Shown: positions 39,109 to 48,786, numbered from the stretch's first letter. The stretch is 64,000 nucleotides of DNA from a bacterium (GCA_030697705.1 JAUYPE010000002.1:4312-68311), one strand, 5' to 3'. The notes: generated from the letters alone by a model not told the origin. Translations and numbers: made by a program.

Positions 39109-39181
39109 ATTTTTTTATCCCGTGAAAACGGCTACCATCCACCTCCCTATCCTACGGGAAGGGGATATTTTTTACAAGCGT

Positions 39182-39805
39182 TTATCTGTAGGAACGCGAT
39201 CGCCGCCGCCGGCGCCACCCCCGGACAAGCGGAAGCGCTCCGGGGAGCAGGGAGAGCGCGATAATACCGAGAACGATAGGCAGAAGATACCGGTCAATAT
39301 CGGGAATGACACTCCCTAAAAAATAGCCCACTACGGTCAATCCGGCGCCCCAAATGATTCCGCCGAGTATATTATAAAAAAGAAATGTGCCATAGGGCAT
39401 CTTGCCCACTCCTGCAATAATCGGCGCGAATGTACGGACTACCGGTATAAAGCGCCCGAATATAATCGCCCGCGGACCGTGCGTATCGTAGAATACTCCC
39501 GCCTTTTGCACATATTCGGGACGAAAAAAACGTGAACGCGGGCGCGTGAAAAGCCGCGCTCCAGCCCGCCGCCCGAACGCATAGCCGACATTATCACCCA
39601 GAATCGCCGCGACCGTGGCAAGCGTGGCAAGTGGAATGATTGCAAAAAATCCTTGAGCCGCGAGAAATCCGGCCGTAAAGAGCAAAGAGTCGCCCGGTAG
39701 CGCTACACCGATAAGCAGACCGGACTCGGCAAAAATCATGGCGAAAACACCAAGATATCCTCCCGCGGTGACAAGCGCCTCGACACTGATACCGAAGATA
39801 TTCAT
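39182..39805 (-). CDS. DedA/SNARE-associated family membrane protein
   Basis: FAESGLLIGVALPGDSLLFTAGFLAAQG DedA signature. Confidence 0.75.
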   Translation of the reverse strand: MNIFGISVEALVTAGGYLGVFAMIFAESGLLIGVALPGDSLLFTAGFLAAQGFFAIIPLATLATVAAILGDNVGYAFGRRAGARLFTRPRSRFFRPEYVQKAGVFYDTHGPRAIIFGRFIPVVRTFAPIIAGVGKMPYGTFLFYNILGGIIWGAGLTVVGYFLGSVIPDIDRYLLPIVLGIIALSLLPGALPLVRGWRRRRRSRSYR

Positions 39806-40341
39806 GGGAGGTGCTGCATCACTCGCGGCCGCAGAAAGGGAATTCGTACGACCACATACCCCGATGCAAGACCTACGAGCAGACCGGCAAGAATATCCGT
39901 TGGATAATGCACGCCCGCCGCGATGCGCCCGACACCGATAAGCGCACTTACAAGAAACAATGTCACGCCGATTTTTTTGTCATACGCATAGACGGCTGCC
40001 GAAAGAGCGAAAAAAAACGCCGCATGCCCTGAAGGTAGCGACCATGAGGAATCAAAAAAAAGCGCCTGCACCGGCAAAACGGCAAACGGCCGCGGCTGAT
40101 GGATAAAAAAACGGATAAGCGGCGTTATGATACCACGCGCGAGAACCACTGCCACACCGGCACCAAAAAAAATGCGCCATCGCTCACCATTGAGTCGCCC
40201 GGCATGCCATACCGCCCACAAAAACCATACTACCGCGATAAAGGAAAGGTGCACGGCAAAAAACCCTATGATAGCATCGCCCCATGCCGAGCGCCCCAGA
40301 AATCCATTCAGAAAAAAAATAATTACAGTATCCCATGCCAT
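39802..40341 (-). CDS. PAP2-family phosphatase (undecaprenyl-diphosphatase-like)
   Basis: SLPSGHAAFFFA and GVHYPTDILAG PAP2 motifs; overlaps DedA by 4 nt. Confidence 0.75.
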   Translation of the reverse strand: MAWDTVIIFFLNGFLGRSAWGDAIIGFFAVHLSFIAVVWFLWAVWHAGRLNGERWRIFFGAGVAVVLARGIITPLIRFFIHQPRPFAVLPVQALFFDSSWSLPSGHAAFFFALSAAVYAYDKKIGVTLFLVSALIGVGRIAAGVHYPTDILAGLLVGLASGYVVVRIPFLRPRVMQHLP

Positions 40342-40422
40342 ATGCTTCCCACTCTACCACAATTCAATAACTCTCGCACCTTGGCGGGATATCAGGCAGA
40401 CCCATACCTGCGGTCTGCTTTT

Positions 40423-41070
40423 TTATTTTTTGCGCGCATGGGCATCGGCTTCACGATCCTCGTCCGCCGCACGCCACAAGTACCACGAGGCAACGGATGC
40501 ATGCGCCCGCCACGGCACGGCAAGTTTTTCCATGCGCTTTTTATCCGGCAATGCTTTCAGTCCGTAGACAATCTGAAACCCTTTGCGAATACCGAGATCG
40601 CCAGTCGGCAGGATGTCGGGACGATTCATGGTAGAAATCAGAAACATGTGTGCCGTCCACTCGCCGATGCCTTTTACCCGCGTCAGATGCCGGATAATCT
40701 CTTCATTTTTCATTTTTTTGATCGCGCAATGGCGGATCGTCCCGTCGGAAAACTTCTCCGCCAGATCGCGGAGAGAGCCCGCCTTTTGCGCGGAAAGCCC
40801 GCTTGAGCGCAAGAGCTCCACTGGCAGAGCGCTCACCTCCTTCGGTGTGGGAAATTTTTTCTTATTTCCAAAAAGAGAGAGGAAGCGGGTATAAATCGTC
40901 TCCGCCGCCTTACCGGATAGTTGCTGATGGATAATGGAACGTACCAGCGCCTGAAACGGATTTTTTCTCACCGCCATGTCGGGAACGCCGTGCTTTATGA
41001 TCAGTCGGGCAAAATATCGGTCTTGCTTGAGTATCTTTAACGATTTGTTCGTTTTGTGTATTTTCTTCAT
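40423..41070 (-). CDS. HhH-GPD DNA glycosylase (AlkA / 3-methyladenine glycosylase II-like)
   Basis: HhH + GIGEWTAHMFLI...PTGDLGIRKG. Start chosen at MKKIHKTNK; the ORF-track frame extends to 41121. Confidence 0.7.
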   Translation of the reverse strand: MKKIHKTNKSLKILKQDRYFARLIIKHGVPDMAVRKNPFQALVRSIIHQQLSGKAAETIYTRFLSLFGNKKKFPTPKEVSALPVELLRSSGLSAQKAGSLRDLAEKFSDGTIRHCAIKKMKNEEIIRHLTRVKGIGEWTAHMFLISTMNRPDILPTGDLGIRKGFQIVYGLKALPDKKRMEKLAVPWRAHASVASWYLWRAADEDREADAHARKK

Positions 41071-41190
41071 AAGAACTCTTGCATGCTCTCCCACGACATG
41101 GCAGCATGACTTCGTTAACAAAAGACCTCATCCATCGCGGGTGAGGTCTTTACAACAAAACAAAGCTGGTTCAAAAACACTCCGGAACTG

Positions 41191-41730
41191 TTACATCATC
41201 TGCTTCGGAGGCATCATCTCCTGCCCACCGGCATCCGGACTCTTTGATGGTACCGAACAAGTACGATAGAATTTGAAACCGATATAGAAGCCCCACAAGA
41301 CAACTGTACCAAAAAGATTCAAGAAGAAGTGAAGCCACGCTAAGTCAACGAAATTACCAAGAATACCAGGTGTTCCCTGCATGCCCGTCTGAAGATGCTG
41401 ATAATATTTAATGATATGTTCAAAGAAATGATAACTCTGGAGAATGGTCGCGAAGAAAAAAAGCTTGTAAAGAACTTTTTTATTCCTAGCTTCTTCCGGC
41501 AATCTTTGCAGGATAAGCCAGAATCCTAACGTGAACAGAAAGTCGTAAAAAAAGTGCACCGACTCAAGATCAAACTGACCGATTAACCCATGCGATCCGT
41601 CTATGCCAAGATCCAGGATGGCATACTGATAGATAATGGTGAAGTGTTCCATCATGTGCGCCGTCTGCGTAATAAGAACGATTCCATAAATAGCACAGAA
41701 CATACCTATGCTTTTATTTTTCATAATCAA
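41191..41730 (-). CDS. small membrane protein with two HxxEH motifs (paralog 1)
   Basis: HMMEHF and HFFEHI motifs in predicted TM helices; ~60% identical to the 42159-42689 product; shares a 100% identical ~95-bp tract. Confidence 0.5.
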   Translation of the reverse strand: MIMKNKSIGMFCAIYGIVLITQTAHMMEHFTIIYQYAILDLGIDGSHGLIGQFDLESVHFFYDFLFTLGFWLILQRLPEEARNKKVLYKLFFFATILQSYHFFEHIIKYYQHLQTGMQGTPGILGNFVDLAWLHFFLNLFGTVVLWGFYIGFKFYRTCSVPSKSPDAGGQEMMPPKQMM

Positions 41731-42158
41731 GAAAAAACACTTTTTATTTGGATAATTACATGTCTGATGTTAAGGATATCATGAAATTTTTTCCCCTGCC
41801 AAAAAAGTTATCCACAAGGAACAACAGGGACTGCCTACTAAGGGATGGGGGAACAGATTCGCGCGAGGGAAGCAGTCGTATGAAAGAGCGCATCTATCAC
41901 ACCGATGGACGACACGGGCACTACACCCATAAACGAATCTGCTGATGTACAGAAGCATTTCTACCAACCTTCCCTACCGGCTCATTCAAGAAATTCTTTC
42001 TTAATCATCTCTACATTTTTACTATTAACCCAAATTAGGGGAAACGAGTTTCAAAGAGATGGTGTACAAGAGGAGAACGCTAACAAAAATGAAAGGTCTC
42101 ATCCATTACGGATGAGACCTTTCTATAAACGCCGGTTCAGTAATATTCTGATACACGA

Positions 42159-42689
42159 CTACATCTGCGCTGGAGGCGTCATTTCCTGTTTGTCCATACT
42201 GAAACTTTTTGATTCCGCTGAGCAGGTGCGATGAAACTTAAGGCCTATATAGATAACCCACAAGATAACCGTACCGATGAGATTCAGAGTGAAATGGAAC
42301 AATATTAGGTTGATGTGGTTTCCCAGAAAACCGGGGGTTCCTTGCATACCCGTTTGAATATACTGATAATATTTAATGATGTGTTCGACCATGTGGTAGC
42401 TCTGGACAACGACCCCAAAGACAAGAAGATTATACAAGAATTTTGAGGAGTCCTTGGCTTCTTCCGGCAATCTTTGCAGGATAAGCCAGAATCCTAACGT
42501 GAACAGAAAGTCGTAAAAAAAGTGCACCGACTCAAGATCAAACTGACCGATTAATCCGTGCGCAGGATCCACGCCAATGGCATACTGATAAACTTGGACG
42601 ATGTGCTCCAACATGTGAACCGATTGCACGATAAGCGTGAAACCGAATAGAGCACAGAACATACCTATACTTTTATTTTTCATAATCAA
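42159..42689 (-). CDS. small membrane protein with two HxxEH motifs (paralog 2)
   Basis: HMLEHI and HMVEHI. Upstream 60 bp (tttttcataatcaagaaaaaacactttttatttggataattacatgtctgatgtt) is duplicated with paralog 1. Confidence 0.5.
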   Translation of the reverse strand: MIMKNKSIGMFCALFGFTLIVQSVHMLEHIVQVYQYAIGVDPAHGLIGQFDLESVHFFYDFLFTLGFWLILQRLPEEAKDSSKFLYNLLVFGVVVQSYHMVEHIIKYYQYIQTGMQGTPGFLGNHINLILFHFTLNLIGTVILWVIYIGLKFHRTCSAESKSFSMDKQEMTPPAQM

Positions 42690-43391
42690 GAAAAAACACT
42701 TTTTATTTGGATAATTACATGTCTGATGTTGATGTTAAGGATAGCATGAAATTCATGTGCTCGCTAAAAAAGTTATCCACAAGGGATACTAATGCTCATC
42801 CGCCGGAGTTCTATGAAACCTTTTTCTCTATTGGCTCATGCTCAACTCCAAAATCTCCCGCCAAACAGGATAAGAGTTTCCAATCGTCAAAACGGCGAAC
42901 CGTTTCGACCCGCATTTTCCCCCTGCCTGTGTCATAAATACTTTCGGGCCGTGGGGTTTTCTATAAGAAACACTAAAGTTTAAGGAACCCATATCTGAAA
43001 CATGGTATAGAACCAGTGCCAGCTAGCGGAGAGGCCAATTAATATGGCAGTCGCGATCAAAATATTTCTTAAGCTAAACATAAGAGTTGAGGAAGCCCCA
43101 TTATGAGCTTCACTGAAGAAGTTAGTGTAAGTTAATTGCGTGCCGCACTATTTTTTGTGAGATATGAGACGTATGACCCGATCACCCGTGGGTGATCTAC
43201 GCACATATCACCTGCACCAGTATACCACAAAAACACGGCATCTTGGTAGAAGCACACAAACACAAGGGAACTATTTTGAGTAAGAAGACCGCGGAGGCGC
43301 TGGACTGCATGAGGACCACTTTGGTGCGAAAAAGGTCTCTTTCTTCCTTCAACAAAGGCCCTTTTTGATTTCATCCCTCATGCTACCGCTC

Positions 43392-43901
43392 TTATACCTT
43401 ATCCCGTCGCGCCTCTTGCGCTTTGCGAATGTTTTTCTTCTGGGCGCGCCGCTGTGCAAGGGTCGGCTTTTCTTTCTCCGGCACGTTTCTGCGGGATAGC
43501 GCCATGAACACATCGCCTTTCTTGTGGACAACCGGACCCCGAATCTGCTTCAAAAAAGAGTCCTTTAGCTTCGGATTATCAATAACAAGCTTGCCACCAC
43601 TCACATGAGCGTCTTTTTTGGCAATGAGCCACGTTGCTGTATCCCAGCTGCCGCTCGAGCGCCTACCCGCTATACGCTCCAAATGCCCTTTTACTCCCAC
43701 ATCTTGGGTTCTAAACCTTATAAACTCCCCTTTTGGCCGAACTTCAATCCGATAAAATTTCCCGCCACCCGCACCGGGACGCTTTCGCGCCCACCCACTC
43801 GGTTGCGCCAGACTATGTTGCCGGTGGGACATGCCGCGCCATCGCGCCTGTGCTTTTTTGATGTTTTTTCTCGCCGCACTTTTTTGTTGTGCCGTAGTCA
43901 T
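43392..43901 (-). CDS. hypothetical basic protein with repeated termini
   Basis: 169 aa; N-terminal AARKNIKKAQARWR and C-terminal AQKKNIRKAQEARR repeats; no family recognised. Confidence 0.35.
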   Translation of the reverse strand: MTTAQQKSAARKNIKKAQARWRGMSHRQHSLAQPSGWARKRPGAGGGKFYRIEVRPKGEFIRFRTQDVGVKGHLERIAGRRSSGSWDTATWLIAKKDAHVSGGKLVIDNPKLKDSFLKQIRGPVVHKKGDVFMALSRRNVPEKEKPTLAQRRAQKKNIRKAQEARRDKV

Positions 43902-44035
43902 GGTAAGAAAAAATAACGCACGAAAGTTGCTATTCAGACGAAACTGCTGTTAGCATGCGCGACCTTTAATGCTTTGCTTTGACTCTAGAATAGCACTAAC
44001 CGCAAAACTTTTCATTTCCCATTCATACCATGTTG

Positions 44036-44106
44036 CTGCGGGACTAGGATTCGAACCTAGATTAACGGATTCAGAGTCCGTCGTCCTACCGTTAGACGAT
44101 CCCGCA
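44036..44106 (-). tRNA. tRNA-Gln (anticodon CUG)
   Basis: Cloverleaf folds by hand: acceptor UGCGGGA/UCCCGCA, D-stem GUCU/GGAC, anticodon stem ACGGA/UCCGU with loop CUCUGAA, T-arm CUAGG-UUCGAAU-CCUAG. U1-A72 is typical of bacterial tRNA-Gln. Confidence 0.8.
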
Positions 44107-44138
44107 AATATTATGCTGACATTTCTCCCCCGATAAGA

Positions 44139-44161
44139 GAAAAAGCGTCACGAATGACGCT
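44139..44161 (-). terminator. rho-independent terminator
   Basis: Minus-strand hairpin agcgtca-ttcg-tgacgct followed by TTTTT; downstream of 44208-44864. Confidence 0.55.
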
Positions 44162-44207
44162 TTTGACTATAGCACGGGAAGGAAGGATTTCAACCTTTCT
44201 CCTCCGC

Positions 44208-44864
44208 TCATTCCGATTGGTTCGTCTCTCCGACTTTTTTCTTGAGCTCCTCCCATCTGCGAGGACTCATGAACTCAAGCTCCGTTGGAAAGCGACTACC
44301 GTAGCCCCGCTCCTTCTCCTGCCATTCTTGTAGTTTATGGGCAACCACGCGGTCTATGGCAGTAAAAAACGAAGTGTCCTCAAGGTCTCTTCCACTGCGC
44401 CTGTTCTGCATCGGTGGCAGGTTTGTAGGACGCAGATCAAGGATCTTTTCTATCTCATGGGCGATTTTTTCCGCGGGGTATGCATAGTCCCCCACTCCCC
44501 GCCCCATGATCATCTTCACATCATTCTCAATTTGCCGAATATGCTCATACTTTGAGGCGGACTCCTCAAGCCACTCCCCCATTTTGCAAAAAAAAGCCCT
44601 GACCGCCTCGGCTTCTTCCCGCGTCTCCGCCTCCAGTGCCGATTGTATCTCTTCAACGCTCCTTCCGCTTCGTGCGGCAAATTTTTGCCTATCTTCCTCA
44701 AATCCCTCTGCAACATCTGCTAGCCCCTCTCCACGATACTTCTCCGCCGCATGTCCAAACAACAACGCAAGCTGCTGGTCCGACCTCGCCATCTCACCAA
44801 GCTCTTGAGGGTTCACTTGTCTCTCCCCGTAGAGTTCATGTTTTTCCATAGTGGGAAATAACAC
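44208..44864 (-). CDS. hypothetical acidic protein
   Basis: ORF only; no family recognised. Confidence 0.35.
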   Translation of the reverse strand: MLFPTMEKHELYGERQVNPQELGEMARSDQQLALLFGHAAEKYRGEGLADVAEGFEEDRQKFAARSGRSVEEIQSALEAETREEAEAVRAFFCKMGEWLEESASKYEHIRQIENDVKMIMGRGVGDYAYPAEKIAHEIEKILDLRPTNLPPMQNRRSGRDLEDTSFFTAIDRVVAHKLQEWQEKERGYGSRFPTELEFMSPRRWEELKKKVGETNQSE

Positions 44865-44901
44865 CTACTTATATGATAATACTATTTTTTATTTATGTCA
44901 A

Positions 44902-45810
44902 CTATACTTTCAGATATCGGCGAACGGCGAATACGCTGGAGAGTGAACCGAGGATGACGCCAAACGCGGCGAGAAGCCCAAAGAACTGGAGAAAATTGGC
45001 AGCAAAATAATGATAAAGGTCAAATGAGGGCACCAGAAGAAGTAGCTTGGGTGCGATCAGCCAGGTAATCGGGAGGAAGGCGAGCACCGTCGCGACGGCG
45101 GCAACCACGCCGTAGAGCACCCCGTTCACTAGAAACGGCCCGCGGACAAACCACGAGGTGGCGCCGACGAGGCGCATGATGCTGATTTCTTCGCGCATGG
45201 TAAAAATGGCGATGCGAATGGTATTAAACGCCACAAGCACGGCGATGAAAGCGAGAAAGAGCGCTATCAATGCTCCCCCACCCCGCACGGAGGCAAGAAT
45301 AGAGGAGAGGCGATCAATGACCGTTTGATTCTCAAAATAATTAATTTTCTCTACAATCGGATATTTTTTATTTACCAAAAAATCGCTGATGGCGGCGTAG
45401 TGCCTCGGATCCGTCGCACGGATATTAATACTCGCCTCCAGCGGATTCTCACCCACCTCCTGCAAGGCGGAGGCGATGAGTGCGTTATCCTTGTGCGCCT
45501 CCTGAAATACCGCAAGCGCGGCGTCACGGGAGACGAAGGTGACGGCTTTAACGTCGGGTAGTTTTTCCACATCTTGTTTGACCGCAAGCATTTGGTCGTC
45601 CGTCGCGCCCGGCATGAAGTAGACGGTAATATCAATCTTTTGCTCAAGCGAGGTGATAACGGAGTTCATCAGCGCGTTCACAAACAACAAACTCCCCATG
45701 ACGAAGAGCGTCAACGCCATGACCATAATAGTCGCCATAGAAAGCCAGCCATTGCGCCAGAAGCTGACGAGACCCGCATGAATTGTCCGTTTGAGGGTAG
45801 TGAAAAGCAT
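44902..45810 (-). CDS. ftsX: cell division ABC transporter permease FtsX
   Basis: FtsX N-terminal pattern (TIHAGLVSFWRNGWLSMATIMVMALTLFV), periplasmic domain, 3 C-terminal TMs. Confidence 0.8.
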   Translation of the reverse strand: MLFTTLKRTIHAGLVSFWRNGWLSMATIMVMALTLFVMGSLLFVNALMNSVITSLEQKIDITVYFMPGATDDQMLAVKQDVEKLPDVKAVTFVSRDAALAVFQEAHKDNALIASALQEVGENPLEASINIRATDPRHYAAISDFLVNKKYPIVEKINYFENQTVIDRLSSILASVRGGGALIALFLAFIAVLVAFNTIRIAIFTMREEISIMRLVGATSWFVRGPFLVNGVLYGVVAAVATVLAFLPITWLIAPKLLLLVPSFDLYHYFAANFLQFFGLLAAFGVILGSLSSVFAVRRYLKV

Positions 45811-45823
45811 AGATTATTATTCT

Positions 45824-45929
45824 GTCATCCCGAGCAGAGCGAGGGATCCCGTACGATTTCAATATACTAGTATTGACGGGATTCCTCCCTCACAGGACGC
45901 CTGCTGGCAGTCACTTCGTTCGGAATGAC
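45824..45929. repeat. MITE-like palindromic repeat, copy E, in the ftsE-ftsX intergenic region
   Basis: gtcatcccgagcagagcgagggatcccgtacgatttcaatatac...cgttcggaatgac. Reverse complement matches copy D over ~45 nt. Fills most of the 147-bp ftsE/ftsX spacer. Confidence 0.75.
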
Positions 45930-45957
45930 GGAATAGAGACAACTACACAAGGCCTCC

Positions 45958-46638
45958 TTACAACAAATACTTTCCGTTCTGCTCGTCGCTGATAATCTCG
46001 CCGTGGTCTAAAACAACCAACCGCTTGCCGATGGCATTGACGACCTCTTTGTTGTGCGAAGCCAGAAGTATCGTCGTGCCAAGCTCGTTGATTTTCTGAA
46101 GTAGTTTCATTATCTCCCAGGTATTGACAGGGTCAAGATTGCCCGTGAGCTCGTCTGCCAGAATCACATCCGGACGATTGACCAGCGCCCGTGCGATGGC
46201 AACGCGCTGTTTTTCGCCGCCCGAGAGCTGGTGGGGATAGTTTTTCATCTTGTCGCCAAGACCAACCACATCAAGTGCTTGAGGCACATCCTCCTGAATT
46301 TCTTCGTCCAGCCGCCCCGCCGCCTCCATGGCAAACGCAACATTCTCGTACGCCGTCTTCATCGGCAATAATTTATAATCCTGAAAAACGGTACCGATTC
46401 TCCTCCGCACATGATGCAATCGCCGCCGTGGAATAGAGGTAATGTCAATCCCGTCAAGATAGACATGTCCCCCGCTCGGGTCTTCTTCGCGCAAAAGCAG
46501 GCGCAAAAGCGTCGTCTTCCCCGCCCCCGACGCGCCCACGAGTGAGACGAATTCTTTGGGCTCAATGCGCAGATTGATGTTTTTTAGCGCAATCGCGTCG
46601 TGGCTGTAAATTTTAGAAACATCATCAAAGAAGAGCAT
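45958..46638 (-). CDS. ftsE: cell division ATP-binding protein FtsE
   Basis: Walker [15 protein letters not shown] signature [15 protein letters not shown], Walker [12 protein letters not shown]. Confidence 0.85.
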   Translation of the reverse strand: MLFFDDVSKIYSHDAIALKNINLRIEPKEFVSLVGASGAGKTTLLRLLLREEDPSGGHVYLDGIDITSIPRRRLHHVRRRIGTVFQDYKLLPMKTAYENVAFAMEAAGRLDEEIQEDVPQALDVVGLGDKMKNYPHQLSGGEKQRVAIARALVNRPDVILADELTGNLDPVNTWEIMKLLQKINELGTTILLASHNKEVVNAIGKRLVVLDHGEIISDEQNGKYLL

Positions 46639-46680
46639 GAAGAATGCTGAATGACAAATGTAAAATGCTGAATAGAGAAG

Positions 46681-47037
46681 TTATTTCTTGGAGTTTAGAA
46701 TAATTTTTGAGAGGATTCGTACGATCTGATCATACTCATCCAACATTTTCACATGTTGATCCTTGGAAATCAAACAAAGATCGGAAACGAGACGGATCCA
46801 AAACATCATTTCTATAGCAGATTTTCTCGCTAGGGAGATGAACTGAATAAATTCTTTCTTTGAGACTCCACCACTTCCCTCAAAGAGATTTGCAGGAATA
46901 GAACTTGCCGCCTTTACCATTTGTGACGACAGTACAAAACCTTCACTGTTTCTTGGAAAATTCCTTGTCGCTAGGATAATAGACAGAGCAAAAGTATAAC
47001 ACCTCTCCTGAATATTCTCTGCCTTATTATTCAGCAT
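46681..47037 (-). CDS. four-helix-bundle protein (23S rRNA intervening-sequence protein family)
   Basis: SSQMVKAASSIPANLFEGSGGVSKKEFIQFISLARKSAIE matches the family signature; gene is markedly AT-rich. Start chosen at MLNNKAEN; the ORF-track frame opens at 47058, inside the prfB 3' end. Confidence 0.6.
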   Translation of the reverse strand: MLNNKAENIQERCYTFALSIILATRNFPRNSEGFVLSSQMVKAASSIPANLFEGSGGVSKKEFIQFISLARKSAIEMMFWIRLVSDLCLISKDQHVKMLDEYDQIVRILSKIILNSKK

Positions 47038-47047
47038 TTTGCATTTA

Positions 47048-48152
47048 TCATTTATCATTCTCTCTTATCTCCGCATCTATAAACTCATCCAAGTCGCCGT
47101 CAAGGACTTTATCAATTTGGGAGGTTTCTATCTCTGTGCGGTGGTCTTTGACCATTTGGTAGGGATGCATGACATACGAGCGAATCTGGCTTCCCCACTC
47201 AATCGCCACCTTTTCATTGCGCACGCCACGGCGTTCTTGTTCCTGCTGGAGTAATTTTAACTGATAGAGCTTTGCCCGCACAAGCTCCATCGCCGTGTGA
47301 CGGTTTTGATCCTGCGATCGCTCGGATTGCGATGCGGACTGCAGTCCCGTGGGAAGATGGGTAATGCGAACTGCCGTCTCGCGCTTGTTCACATTCTGCC
47401 CGCCCGGACCTGAAGAACGGAAGAAATCAATCTTCAGATCTTCGGGTTTGATTTCAACCTCTTCAGCCGCGACGAATCCCGGCATCACGTCCACCAGCGC
47501 AAATGAAGTATGGCGCAAATCTTGCGAAGAAAAAGGGGAGATACGGACTAAACGATGCACTCCCGCTTCTTTTTTCAAATACCCGTACGCGTAGGGCGCT
47601 TCTATTAACAATGTGGCGTTCTTAATCCCCCATCCTGAAGGCCCACCCTGCTCGCCGAAGTGCTCGTGGATTACTTTGGTCCTCCACCCTCGATGCTCGC
47701 AAAATCTCCCGTACATCCGCCACAAAATCGCCGCCCAATCCTCCGCATCACGCCCACCGGCTCCGGCATAAATGGACAAAGCCGCGTTGCCCTTATCGTA
47801 TTTTCCCGCAAAATAAAGCTCCGTCTCCACATCCTTCATCTCTTTCGCTAAAATTTCCACCCGGTCGGCGATTTCTTTCTCCAGCGCGGCATCTCCGCCG
47901 CTCACTGCCAAAAGCTCCTGCAAACTCCCCGCCTCGCTCGTGAGCCGATCCCACCGCTCTATTTCGCGCTTGAGCACGGACAACTCCTGCGCGCGCTCCG
48001 TCGCATACTCGCGACGATCCCAGAATCCCGCCTCCTGCATCTCATGTTCTATTTTCAGAACTTCTTCACGCTTTTTGAGTACCTCAAAGCCGGTCCCGAT
48101 ACATCGGGATGTCAGCCATTAATCGCTCAAGTTTTTCCCCTGTTTCCTGCAT
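47048..48152 (-). CDS. prfB: peptide chain release factor 2 with programmed +1 frameshift
   Basis: SPF and GGQ motifs. The main frame begins at 48085 with no N-terminal domain. Upstream frame-0 ORF MQETGEKLERLMADIPMYRDRL ends at CTT TGA (48089-48084); a +1 slip continues as EVLKKREEVLKIEHEMQEAGFW..., the classical RF2 autoregulatory site. Confidence 0.8.
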
Positions 48153-48217
48153 GAGGACAAGTGTACCACACCGTGAGAAAACAAAAAAGGGCGCACAGAA
48201 TCTCCGGCGCCCTTGTC

Positions 48218-48688
48218 TTAACTGTTTTTACTGCGGTATGGGGGGAAATATTCCTCAAGCGTTTGACGAATCCACTGTTGTTGTGCTTGAGAAAAATTTT
48301 TCATCCGTGTTTCCCACCGATGCTCCTTCTGCTCTATAAGCTCCCCTAATACTCGGGTATACACCTGCAAGGTTCTTGGAAGCCTCCTCAACACCCAACT
48401 GCTGTGCAGACTCCCTTCCGTGAAAAGCACCCACGCCATTGCGGTAAAAAGGTGCCTATCGCGGCAACTCGCCATGATACGGGTAACCTCCTTCCACTGT
48501 CCCCCACGCCAGAGATACAGAAACTTCTCATCCGGCACGATACCTCGTTCTTTTATCTCGTTCAGTGTCATGTGCCACACAATAAAAACCGCATCTTCTC
48601 CTCTAATCACCGCGTACAAAACACTCTCAAACTTCCCAAAATCTATTTCTCCTGAGCCGCTCATTGCATCCATCTCCTCTAATAACAA
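48218..48688 (-). CDS. hypothetical protein
   Basis: ORF only (156 aa); no family recognised. Confidence 0.35.
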   Translation of the reverse strand: MLLEEMDAMSGSGEIDFGKFESVLYAVIRGEDAVFIVWHMTLNEIKERGIVPDEKFLYLWRGGQWKEVTRIMASCRDRHLFTAMAWVLFTEGSLHSSWVLRRLPRTLQVYTRVLGELIEQKEHRWETRMKNFSQAQQQWIRQTLEEYFPPYRSKNS

Positions 48689-48786
48689 AGAACCTTAAGC
48701 CAACCAGTACGCGGAAATCATCATTTTTCAGGTAAGAAAATAATCGCCTCCCCGACCGCGAGTTCACAGGACGAGATTATTCTCAA

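Noticed and set aside
41748-41945. Small plus-strand ORFs (also 42707-42937) beginning MDNYMSDV
   Set aside because: They sit in the duplicated promoter/5' region of the tandem membrane-protein paralogs. Their similarity just reflects the duplication; no coding signature.
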